The notes under the pieces are model-generated. The model did no database searches. It was not told the origin of the DNA and saw nothing but the letters and a program-made list of their open reading frames with translations. A program made the translations under genes and the position numbers. 64,000 bases of DNA from Thermodesulfobacteriota bacterium (GTDB lineage: Bacteria > Desulfobacterota_D > UBA1144 > Nemesobacterales > Mycalebacteriaceae): the NCBI GenBank assembly GCA_965205855.1, contig OZ242184.1, positions 1,088,001 through 1,152,000 of the forward strand. The letters are read 5' to 3'. Within the stretch, counting starts at the first letter, position 1. Each line of letters begins with the position of its first letter. Positions 39,994 through 48,999 of this stretch are shown here, piece by piece.

Positions 39994-40443
39994 GCTTATC
40001 ATGGTCTTATTATATTTTGGTTGGCAGGAGATTAACTGACCCGTGAATCTAGTAAGAATGGGTAATCAAACAAATAACATAACTGCATTAATCAAGAGTT
40101 TTTTTCAAGTTGTAGAAGTAAATATTAGATACAGCTGCAACTAAATTAGCATTTGCTCTTTTGCTTCCCTTTGGATTGTGACTTATCAGCAAATTGGAAA
40201 GTTTAGTGGATGGTTGGAAAGCAAGGCCAAAAGCAAGGAAAGTAGCAAGTACAAATCAGTTCGTTTGTTAGAACCAAAATTAGAACCTCCCAAAAAGTCA
40301 AAACAAAGGCTAAAACCAGAAAAAAAATAGATGAAGTAATTTGCCTGTTAAAAATTCTCAATAAGTTAGAGGATAAAACAAGAAATATAGATACGGATAG
40401 AAAATTTGAGAATTCAGCTCAGATACGTAATTCTCTCATAAAT
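39994..40443 (+). other. AT-rich spacer with stop-riddled coding-like fragments (probable decayed gene)
   Basis: Fragments such as LDTAATKLAFALLLPFGL*LISKLESLV and RKKIDEVICLLKILNKLEDK. Composition differs from the flanks. Confidence 0.3.
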
Positions 40444-41244
40444 TCAACGCCCTTTAAAAACGGGCTTTCTTTTTTGAGAAACGGATTTCATCCCCTCTTT
40501 GAAATCGGAGCTTGACTGCGCCCGTTGAATAATATCCCTTACGCTGTCTTCGTCTTCAGGCGCTATTTTGCGGGACTTCTTCAATATGTTTACGCTCCTT
40601 TTGGCGGCCTCAACTGAAAGTGGAGCGTTTCGGGCTATACTATCGGCTATTTTGTAAGTCGTATCCCTCAAAGACTGTCGCGGCACCACTTCGCTTACAA
40701 GACCCATCTCCAGGGATTTTTGCGCCGTAAAAATCTCCGAGGTGAAAAACATACGTTTTGCATTTGAGAAACCCACAGCCCCGACAATCCTTTGAAGCCC
40801 GGAGAACGGGTACGCGATTCCAAGTTTCCCCGGAGGCACGGACATCTTTGAATCATCCGAGCATATGATAAAGTCGCAAGCTACGGCAAGCTCAAGGCCT
40901 CCGCCCATCGCGTAGCCGCAAACCATCGCAATAACAGGACGGGGAAATCTCTCTATCGCATCGCACGCTGTGGCAAGAGGATGGGTTCGCCCGCCGTAGT
41001 CACGCAACATATCGTCGGATTCCAGAAAAGAAAAATCGTATCCCGATGAAAACGCTTTGCCTCCGCGACCCGAAAGCACCACACACCTGACAGACCCGTC
41101 TTTTCCGAATTCTTCAAGCGATGCGACAATCGAGCCAAGCACACCGGGAGAAAGAGAGTTCATTTTCTCCAGCCTGTTGATTTCAAGAGATGCGACCGCT
41201 CCTGACACTTCAACAATTAGCTCAGGGGTAGAAAAAAAATTCAA
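40444..41244 (-). CDS. Enoyl-CoA hydratase/isomerase (crotonase) family
   Basis: NR.EKMNSL, AFSSGYD, P.IA.V.GYAMGGGLELAVACD, A.MGLV and KRKPVFKG motifs. Confidence 0.9.
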   Translation of the reverse strand: MNFFSTPELIVEVSGAVASLEINRLEKMNSLSPGVLGSIVASLEEFGKDGSVRCVVLSGRGGKAFSSGYDFSFLESDDMLRDYGGRTHPLATACDAIERFPRPVIAMVCGYAMGGGLELAVACDFIICSDDSKMSVPPGKLGIAYPFSGLQRIVGAVGFSNAKRMFFTSEIFTAQKSLEMGLVSEVVPRQSLRDTTYKIADSIARNAPLSVEAAKRSVNILKKSRKIAPEDEDSVRDIIQRAQSSSDFKEGMKSVSQKRKPVFKGR

Positions 41245-41296
41245 AACAAGTACCTTTTAAAAGCCTCAAATATGTGTAGCATTTGATGGTTACATT

Positions 41297-41785
41297 ATGC
41301 CCCTTTATGAGTATGAATGCGAAGAGTGCGTGGACAGGTTCAACAGAGATATATCAAAACTTGTCAAGCAACTCAACAAGAAAACCGCCTCCGGAATTTC
41401 ACGGGAAAACCCCGGGTTTCTCTACATAGAGGTTACAAGAGAAAAAACGGGCGAGAAGGTGTTCTTACTTGGCAAAAAAAGCACTTCGCGATATGTCCGA
41501 AGGTTCAAATACCCTCTTGATCAAGGTAAAATTCTCTATCTTGAACTCAAAGACTTCAAGTTCAGCGAGCTGATGAGTCCGGGCGAAGCCTCTCCGGACT
41601 GTCCGTCATGCGGTGGCAAGGTAAGAAGAATTTTTTCAACATTCAAGGCTATATTTGACAAAAGAGACAGGGAGCCGCGCCCCGGAGATGACATTGGCTG
41701 GCATAAAGACTATAAAATTCAAAAGGATGAAGAACAGCAAAACTGGGTTGGACAGGAGAGCCTAAACCAGCGTTTCAAGGGGTAA
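41297..41785 (+). CDS. FmdB-type zinc-ribbon protein with ~75-aa internal insertion (paralog 1)
   Basis: MPLYEYECEEC [75 aa] FKFSEL...CPSCGGKVRRIFS. Confidence 0.8.
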   Translation: MPLYEYECEECVDRFNRDISKLVKQLNKKTASGISRENPGFLYIEVTREKTGEKVFLLGKKSTSRYVRRFKYPLDQGKILYLELKDFKFSELMSPGEASPDCPSCGGKVRRIFSTFKAIFDKRDREPRPGDDIGWHKDYKIQKDEEQQNWVGQESLNQRFKG

Positions 41786-41789
41786 AAAA

Positions 41790-42272
41790 ATGCCTTTGTT
41801 TGAATACGAATGCGTGCCTTGCAGAAGCACCGTTGAAAAAGCGATCGGGAAGATAATGGACGACCCGGCAAAGAAGTCGGTATCTTCGGTCGTAAAGAGC
41901 AACGACACTGTTAACAGCGTTCAAGTAATAGACCTGAAAAAAGGGAAAGTGGAAACCGAAGCCGGAAAGCCGGGAAAAAACGGACAGGACATTGTTCGTT
42001 ACTCCGATGACGGCTCAAAAATGTTTTGGATAAACACTGTGGTCTTCCGCTTCGCGGAACTGATATATGAAAGCGGTGATGAAAAAAAGGTTAAATGTCC
42101 TTCCTGTAATTCAAAGAAAGCGGAGAAAATTGTGTCATCATTCTCTTTTACAAGCGACCTTTCAACTGATATGCCAAAACCCGATCTCAGCAACTTGCCG
42201 CCGGAAGTCCAAAGCAAATTTCAACTGAAAGGCTACATAGAGGAAAAAGACAGACCAAAGAAAAACAGATAG
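41790..42272 (+). CDS. FmdB-type zinc-ribbon protein with ~74-aa internal insertion (paralog 2)
   Basis: MPLFEYECVPC [74 aa] FRFAEL...CPSCNSKKAEKIVSSF. Confidence 0.8.
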   Translation: MPLFEYECVPCRSTVEKAIGKIMDDPAKKSVSSVVKSNDTVNSVQVIDLKKGKVETEAGKPGKNGQDIVRYSDDGSKMFWINTVVFRFAELIYESGDEKKVKCPSCNSKKAEKIVSSFSFTSDLSTDMPKPDLSNLPPEVQSKFQLKGYIEEKDRPKKNR

Positions 42273-42374
42273 GAGACAGAAAAAAATCCTGAAATTGTCA
42301 GGCTCAATTGTTGTCTACAACCAAAATCTGTATTAAGATTGCTTGGCTTTCAAAAAGTGAGAATCGCCACTTCA

Positions 42375-45260
42375 ATGGTTCAGGAAAGTAAAATTTCAAT
42401 GATGCTGGAAGACCTTTTCCACGGCCCCAACTCGGCTGTCGTAGTGGAGTTGCACAACCGCTATATGGAAGACCGTGGGTCCGTTGACCCAGAAGTGCGC
42501 GCGCTCTTTGATGTGTGGAGCCCGTCGGAAAACGGATTGTCCGGAAAAGAAAGTGAAACCTTCAACGATTCCTCAACCGTTGTGGTTGACGCATACGGGA
42601 ACCCCGTGAGCACGGTGGGGGCGGCAAACCTTGCTCTGGCAATACGACTGAACGGTCATCTTGAAAGCATGATAGATCCCCTTGGAAGTCCTCCTCCCGG
42701 AGATGACCTTTTGAAAACTGAATCTCACGGACTGACTGAAAAAGACCTTGAAACGCTTCCACCGTCGCTAATCAGAAGCCCTATTACAAAGAATTGCAAG
42801 AACATTGCGGAAGTTCTGGACAAACTCAGGAAAGTGTATTCATCCTTTTCTGGCTACGATTTTCAACATATCTACTACTCAAACGAAAGGTTATGGATGA
42901 TAAACGCCGCAGAGTCGGGAAAGTTCAGATCACCGAACCAACCTATTGACCTCAAACTGATTCTGGAGCAATTGAGCAAGGTGGAAGCGCTTGAAAGGTT
43001 TCTGCACAAGATTTTTCCGGGCAAATTCCGTTTTTCCATTGAGGGAGTGGACATGCTTGTGCCAATGCTCAACGAGCTTACGTTCCTCTGCTCATACTCG
43101 GGCATCTATCATATAATGCTCGGAATGGCTCACAGAGGGCGTCTTAATGTGATGCACAATGTGATGGACAAGCCCTTTGAACATTTATTGACAACCTTCA
43201 AAGACCCTGTTTATGAAAGGGATTTCAGCGATGACATGGGCTGGACGGGCGATGTCAAATATCATGAAGGAGCAAAAAAACCAATAAAGTTGAATGGAGC
43301 AGGAACCGACTCGGAAGGAATACTGGAAATATTTCTGGCTCCCAACCCAAGCCACCTTGAATCGGTTAATCCCGTAATACAGGGGATGGCGCGCGGAGCA
43401 GGAACCAAGTCTTTGTCACCCGGAACTCCGACATTTGACCGGATGTATTCGCTACCCGTAATTGTCCACGGAGACGCAGCGTTTCCGGGACAGGGAATAA
43501 ACGCCGAAACAATTAACCTGTCTTTAATACCCGGATACGACACGGGAGGAACCCTTCACATAATAACCAACAACCAAATCGGCTACACAACCAATCCCAT
43601 GGAAAGCAGAAGCACTCTCTATTCAAGCGACCTTGTAAAAGGCTTTGAGGTGCCGATAATCCATGTCAACGCCGATGAGCCCGAAGCCTGCATAGAGGCG
43701 ATAAGAATAGCCTTCGCTTATATAAGTAAGTTTAACAAAGACTTTCTGATAGACCTTGTAGGTTACCGCCGCCACGGACATAATGAGGGAGACGAGCCCG
43801 CATTCACTCAGCCGCTTCTCTATGAGAAAATTAAAAACCACCCGACCGCAAGAGAAAAACTCGCCGAAGACTGTGTGAACAGGGGCATTATGGAAAAAAC
43901 GGCGGCGGACGAGCTGTTCGCAAAGCATAACGAAGTATTGGCAAAGGTTTTTGAAACTTTTTCAAAAAAAACCGAAGGTTTTGAAGACAATTCCGCTGTC
44001 CCGAAACCGAGGACGGCGACAAAGGCAAAAACTGCGGTCGTAGCGGCAAGACTGAAAGAGATACACAGATCCCTTCTTGAACTTCCGGACGGTTTTTCCG
44101 TTAACTACAAAATAGAGAAAATTCGCGAGAAAAAACGCGCCTCCCTGAAAGACATGAAAACTCATTCCATAGACTGGGCTGTTGGAGAAGAGCTCTGTTA
44201 CGCTTCAATCCTTGCGGACGGAACTCCCATAAGACTTACGGGCCAAGACTGCCAAAGGGGCACTTTCAGCCACAGGCACGCCGTGTTGCATGACATGAAT
44301 TCCGAAGAAAAATACGTGCCCCTTCAAAGCATTCCACAGGCGAAAGCGGGTTTTGAGATTATCAACAGCCCTCTGACTGAAAATGCGTGCATAGGTTTTG
44401 AATACGGATACAGCATACAGAGACCCGACACACTCGTAATCTGGGAGGCACAATACGGAGACTTCATAAACGGAGCGCAGCCACTGATAGACGAATACCT
44501 GGTCTCGGCGAGGTCCAAATGGGGACAGTACTGTTCCCTTGTATTGCTGTTGCCTCACGCCTACGAAGGTCAGGGTCCCGACCATTCCAGCGGACGGCTT
44601 GAAAGATTTCTCAATATGGCGGCGAAGAAGAACATCAGGGTGGTAAACTGCACGCGCTCGGCACAGTTTTTCCATGTTATAAGAAGACAGGCTGCGGTTC
44701 TGGAAACCGACCCGCTTCCACTTATCGTGATGACCCCGAAAAGTCTGCTCAGAAATCCGCTTGTTTCATCGTCTCTGAGAGAATTTTCCACGGGAGGTTT
44801 TATGCCGGTGATAGACGACCCCGTAAATGACAGGGATGCGGGCAAAGTCCACAGGGTAATTCTCTGCAGCGGCAAAGTGGCGATAGACCTTGAGATGTCA
44901 GAGTCCAGAAAAAAACATCCCGAAGTGGCGGTAATCAGAGTTGAGCAACTTTACTATCCGCCGGTCGATGAGATGGAATCCGCGATAGACAGATACGGCG
45001 GTGCGAAGGAGATAGTCTGGCTTCAGGAGGAGCCCCTGAACATGGGAGCATGGGGATTTATGAATTCTATTCTGCGCCGAATCGCGCGGGCGAAAAACCT
45101 TCCTCTTTCCCTCATAGCAAGAAAACGCAACTCAAGCCCCGCGGAAGGCTTTATGTCAATGCATAAAGTTAACCAATCTATTCTCATCAAGCAGGCTTTC
45201 AGCGCACTTGCTGTGGATAAAATTGAAAAAAGCGGCGTGATAATGGAAACGGATGTTTAA
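42375..45260 (+). CDS. sucA: 2-oxoglutarate dehydrogenase E1
   Basis: RFSIEG, GMAHRGRLN, GDVKYH, NPSHLE, HGDAAFPGQG, GHNEGDEP, WEAQYGDF and EGQGPDHSS. Start uncertain (42339/42375/42399). Confidence 0.95.
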   Translation: MVQESKISMMLEDLFHGPNSAVVVELHNRYMEDRGSVDPEVRALFDVWSPSENGLSGKESETFNDSSTVVVDAYGNPVSTVGAANLALAIRLNGHLESMIDPLGSPPPGDDLLKTESHGLTEKDLETLPPSLIRSPITKNCKNIAEVLDKLRKVYSSFSGYDFQHIYYSNERLWMINAAESGKFRSPNQPIDLKLILEQLSKVEALERFLHKIFPGKFRFSIEGVDMLVPMLNELTFLCSYSGIYHIMLGMAHRGRLNVMHNVMDKPFEHLLTTFKDPVYERDFSDDMGWTGDVKYHEGAKKPIKLNGAGTDSEGILEIFLAPNPSHLESVNPVIQGMARGAGTKSLSPGTPTFDRMYSLPVIVHGDAAFPGQGINAETINLSLIPGYDTGGTLHIITNNQIGYTTNPMESRSTLYSSDLVKGFEVPIIHVNADEPEACIEAIRIAFAYISKFNKDFLIDLVGYRRHGHNEGDEPAFTQPLLYEKIKNHPTAREKLAEDCVNRGIMEKTAADELFAKHNEVLAKVFETFSKKTEGFEDNSAVPKPRTATKAKTAVVAARLKEIHRSLLELPDGFSVNYKIEKIREKKRASLKDMKTHSIDWAVGEELCYASILADGTPIRLTGQDCQRGTFSHRHAVLHDMNSEEKYVPLQSIPQAKAGFEIINSPLTENACIGFEYGYSIQRPDTLVIWEAQYGDFINGAQPLIDEYLVSARSKWGQYCSLVLLLPHAYEGQGPDHSSGRLERFLNMAAKKNIRVVNCTRSAQFFHVIRRQAAVLETDPLPLIVMTPKSLLRNPLVSSSLREFSTGGFMPVIDDPVNDRDAGKVHRVILCSGKVAIDLEMSESRKKHPEVAVIRVEQLYYPPVDEMESAIDRYGGAKEIVWLQEEPLNMGAWGFMNSILRRIARAKNLPLSLIARKRNSSPAEGFMSMHKVNQSILIKQAFSALAVDKIEKSGVIMETDV

Positions 45261-45284
45261 AAAGAAAAAAAGACGGAGGACAAA

Positions 45285-46517
45285 ATGGCAACATCAATAT
45301 TAGTGCCCGAACTCGGCGACTCGGTTATTGAGGCGACGGTTGTAAAATGGCTCAAACAGGAAGGAGACCCTGTCAACACGGGAGAAACCATAGTTGAACT
45401 TGAGACAGAAAAGGCGAATTTTGAAGTTCCCGCCATAACAAGCGGAGTGATCGCCGAGATTAGCAAACAAGAGGGAGACGAAGTGAAAGTGGGAGACCCC
45501 CTTGGCGCGATAGATGAATCCGCGAAAACTGAACCGGTCGCCGTATCGGAAAAAGAAGACACTCCCTCGGAGAGAGAAACGGCAAAGCCTGAGAAAACAG
45601 CGCCTCCAAAAGCGAAGACCGGGGAGCGCTCAACCCCGGTTGCGAGAAATATTGCTCGCAATAAAAACATAGACCTGTCATCGGTCAATCCAAGCGGTGA
45701 AGGTGGACGCATAATGAAAACTGATGTTGAAGAAGTCGCGCACAAGGCGGCACCGACGACTCCCGCAAAAGAACCCGATATTGAAAGCGGTATTTTCCCA
45801 TCGCTTTCCGCATTGCACCGCAGAGATAAAAGGGTAAAGATGACCCCGCGCCGCAAAACCATAGCGCGGCGCTTGCTTCAAGCTCAGCGCGACGCCGCGA
45901 TTCTCTCCACTTTCAACGAAGTAGACATGGGAGCCGTTATGGACCTTCGCAAAAGACGCAAAGACAACTTCAAGGAGAAATACGGAGTGTCGCTCGGAAT
46001 GTCGTCATTCTTCATCAAAGCCTCGGTTGGAGCTCTTAAAGCTTTTCCGCAGGTCAATTCCGAAATTCAGAAAGACGAGATTATCTACAAGCACTTTTAC
46101 GACATAGGAGTGGCGATAGGAGCCTCAAGCGGATTGGTTGTGCCGGTAATACGCGAGGCGGATAAAAAGAGTTTTGCCGAGATTGAAAAAGAAGTCAGAG
46201 ATTTCGCCGTAAAAGCCGAAGAAGGAAAATTGAAAATCGATGAGATTATCGGAGGAACTTTTTCCATAACCAACGGCGGTGTTTTCGGCTCCCTGCTGAG
46301 CACTCCGATACTGAACCCCCCACAGGTCGGAATACTCGGACTTCACGCTATTAAACAGAGACCGGTTGTCGTGGACGGAGAAATTGCCATACGTCCCATA
46401 ATGCTTGTCGCTCTCAGTTACGACCACAGAGTTGTGGACGGAAGGGAAGCGGTTCAGTTTCTTGTCAAGCTCAAGGAGCTTGTGGAAGACCCGGAATCCC
46501 TTCTCGTGGAAGGATAA
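45285..46517 (+). CDS. sucB: Dihydrolipoamide succinyltransferase E2
   Basis: Lipoyl domain ELETEKA, E3-binding domain, TFNEVDM, GGTFSITNGG and SYDHRVVDG. Confidence 0.95.
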   Translation: MATSILVPELGDSVIEATVVKWLKQEGDPVNTGETIVELETEKANFEVPAITSGVIAEISKQEGDEVKVGDPLGAIDESAKTEPVAVSEKEDTPSERETAKPEKTAPPKAKTGERSTPVARNIARNKNIDLSSVNPSGEGGRIMKTDVEEVAHKAAPTTPAKEPDIESGIFPSLSALHRRDKRVKMTPRRKTIARRLLQAQRDAAILSTFNEVDMGAVMDLRKRRKDNFKEKYGVSLGMSSFFIKASVGALKAFPQVNSEIQKDEIIYKHFYDIGVAIGASSGLVVPVIREADKKSFAEIEKEVRDFAVKAEEGKLKIDEIIGGTFSITNGGVFGSLLSTPILNPPQVGILGLHAIKQRPVVVDGEIAIRPIMLVALSYDHRVVDGREAVQFLVKLKELVEDPESLLVEG

Positions 46518-46530
46518 AAAACGCGGATTA

Positions 46531-48999
46531 TCAATTGCCGCCGGAAAAACGGCTTAGAATCCCAAGAGCCAGCTTTTTGAGTTCGGGATAATTTTTCAAC
46601 TCCGGATCGTTGCTGACAATTTTGTCCGCACTTTTACGCGCCTCCGAAAGAGCACCGGTATCCATCACAAGGTCGGCAAAGTGAAAGTCCGGAATTCCGG
46701 ACTGCTTAGTGCCAATAAACTCACCGGGCCCCCTCATTGCCAAATCCTTTTCAGCAATGGAAAAACCGTCCGAGCTTTTACTCAAGATTTCCAGTCTTTG
46801 CTCTCCTTCGGAAGAAATTCCCACTGATTTCAAAAGAATACACACAGACTTGCCGGTTCCGCGCCCCACCCTGCCTCTCAACTGATGAAGCTGCGAGAGT
46901 CCGAATCTATCAGCGTTTTCAACCGCTACCAAAGTCGCGTTCGGAACATCAATTCCAACCTCAACAACCGTTGTGGAAACAAGAACATCCGTCTCTCCGC
47001 GGGAAAAAGCGTCCATAATTGAATTTTTTTCTTCCGCCACCATCCTTCCGTGCAGAACCGATACCCGCGCGCCGGGAATATCTTTTCTCAAGACTTGTGC
47101 CGTTTCGGAAACTCGCGCGATGTCACCGGTTTTCGTGTCACCCGTGTCTTCCATGTTGTCGGACTCCCGGTCTATAAGCGGACAGACAATATAACACTGC
47201 CTGCCCGCTTCTATTTCCGCGTTCATTCTTTTAATCATTTTCTCTCTGTCGCGGGAGGAACTTCCAAGAAGCAGGGTTTCAATTTTTTTTCTTCCGCGCG
47301 GGAGGCTGCCAATCAACGCGACTTCCAAATCTCCGTAAACAGTCATGGCAAGAGAGCGGGGAATCGGAGTCGCGGTCATAACAAGTATGTCGGGAAAAAA
47401 ACCTTTGGCTCTCAGTTTCTCCCTCTGGGCAACTCCGAATTTATGTTGTTCGTCAACTACTGCGAGGCCGAGACGCTTGAATTTGACCCTGTCATACAGG
47501 AGCGCGTGCGTTCCGACCACAATTCCTGCTTCTCCGTTCGCAACACCTTCAAGACTTGCACCGGAGTCTCCTCCTTTCAGCATGACCATCTTTACCCCCA
47601 GCGCGGCGGCGTACGGTGATATAAACTTCGCATGTTGTTCGGCAAGAATCTGTGTCGGTGCCATTAAAACCGTCTGATATCCGGAATCAAGAGCCTTCAT
47701 CATCGCCTGAAGAGCCACCACCGTTTTTCCGCTTCCCACATCACCCTGAAGAAGCATATTCATCGAGGTTGGGCTTTCCATACGCTCGCGTATAAGGGAG
47801 AAAGCTTCGTTTTGAGCGCCTGTAAGCCTGAAGGGGAGTTCGCTTAAAAAACGGCGCGACAGCTCCCCTTCGGGTTTGAACGCCAACCCTCCGGATTTTT
47901 CACGATTGCGTTTACTGATTTCTATCGCAATTCTCAGAAGAAAAAACTCAAAAAAAGCCACAGTTCTCGGAGCGGGAAGCTCCCTGTCGCGTCCGCCCGC
48001 CTCCCACGCCCTTTGTGAAAAATCCGAGCATCTGTCCATAGTCACGGGAAAGTGCATCTCTTTTACCGCACCCGGGAGGGAAATAAGCCCGGGCGCGCAT
48101 CCTTCGGGCAAAATCCCGTCAAGCAAGGACGAATGTTCGGCGACATTTTTCATAATCCCCCTCAGGCGTCTTTGGCTAAGCCCGTCGGTCAATGCATAGA
48201 CAGGCACAATACGGTTGATATGTGGGCTGTTTTTTGCTTCATCCGCTTTGTCAAGAACTTCAACCCCGTCAGCCGCCGGATGTACGATCTGCAAATTCCG
48301 GCGGCGCGAATCCTCTCCTATGTCGCCGCTAACCAGTACCAGTTTTCCCTTCTTGTATTTGTTCCTCATATATCTTTCATCAAAATGAAACCACACAAGG
48401 TCAAGAGTCGTGTCTTTTTCCTTCAAAACAACTCTAAACTGCGCGCTGGCGCCGCGCCGTGTCCTCCCGGCATACTCCACCCTGCCGGACACGGTCTGCC
48501 ACCTGTTCGGCACGGCGGAGGAGACACCCATGATGTTTCTCCTGTCTTCATAACGGAAAGGAAAATAAAACAGCGCGTCCCAGACTGTGTAAACATTCTT
48601 TTTTGCCAGAAAGGAGGAAAGCGAAGAGCCCACTCCGGCAACTGTGTCAACCGAATCGGAAAGAGCCTTCGGCCGCGACCCCGGCTTTGTTGAAACGGTA
48701 TTGTGAAAATGAGATGCGACCGCGCTTATCCTGTCCGCACAGGTTCGCAAAACTTCCATTTTCTCCGAACCGGAAAGTGTGTCAAAACCCTGAAACAAAA
48801 CCCTGACGGATTTCAATTCCTCCGAAATATCTCCGGGAGGAGCTGTGGAAAGAATCTTGCGGAAAACAGAGTCCACGTTGCCTTCAAAACCGCTTGAAAA
48901 CCTCGCAAGGTAAGGCATTCCGGCTTTCAGGGCGCTTGCAAGGCTTGACTCAAGGTTATTGAGAGCGCTGACAAAAACGCGCGAATCAGCCGGATTCAG
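46531..48999 (-). CDS. recG: ATP-dependent DNA helicase RecG (N-terminally extended; start uncertain)
   Basis: PFRYEDR, LPF.LT.AQ, QGDVGSGKT, DEQH, MTATPIPR, QLRGRVGRG and DL..RGPG. The track start 49107 overlaps topA by 120 nt. CTG 48999 or ATG 48918 are plausible. Confidence 0.93.
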   Translation of the reverse strand: MNPADSRVFVSALNNLESSLASALKAGMPYLARFSSGFEGNVDSVFRKILSTAPPGDISEELKSVRVLFQGFDTLSGSEKMEVLRTCADRISAVASHFHNTVSTKPGSRPKALSDSVDTVAGVGSSLSSFLAKKNVYTVWDALFYFPFRYEDRRNIMGVSSAVPNRWQTVSGRVEYAGRTRRGASAQFRVVLKEKDTTLDLVWFHFDERYMRNKYKKGKLVLVSGDIGEDSRRRNLQIVHPAADGVEVLDKADEAKNSPHINRIVPVYALTDGLSQRRLRGIMKNVAEHSSLLDGILPEGCAPGLISLPGAVKEMHFPVTMDRCSDFSQRAWEAGGRDRELPAPRTVAFFEFFLLRIAIEISKRNREKSGGLAFKPEGELSRRFLSELPFRLTGAQNEAFSLIRERMESPTSMNMLLQGDVGSGKTVVALQAMMKALDSGYQTVLMAPTQILAEQHAKFISPYAAALGVKMVMLKGGDSGASLEGVANGEAGIVVGTHALLYDRVKFKRLGLAVVDEQHKFGVAQREKLRAKGFFPDILVMTATPIPRSLAMTVYGDLEVALIGSLPRGRKKIETLLLGSSSRDREKMIKRMNAEIEAGRQCYIVCPLIDRESDNMEDTGDTKTGDIARVSETAQVLRKDIPGARVSVLHGRMVAEEKNSIMDAFSRGETDVLVSTTVVEVGIDVPNATLVAVENADRFGLSQLHQLRGRVGRGTGKSVCILLKSVGISSEGEQRLEILSKSSDGFSIAEKDLAMRGPGEFIGTKQSGIPDFHFADLVMDTGALSEARKSADKIVSNDPELKNYPELKKLALGILSRFSGGN

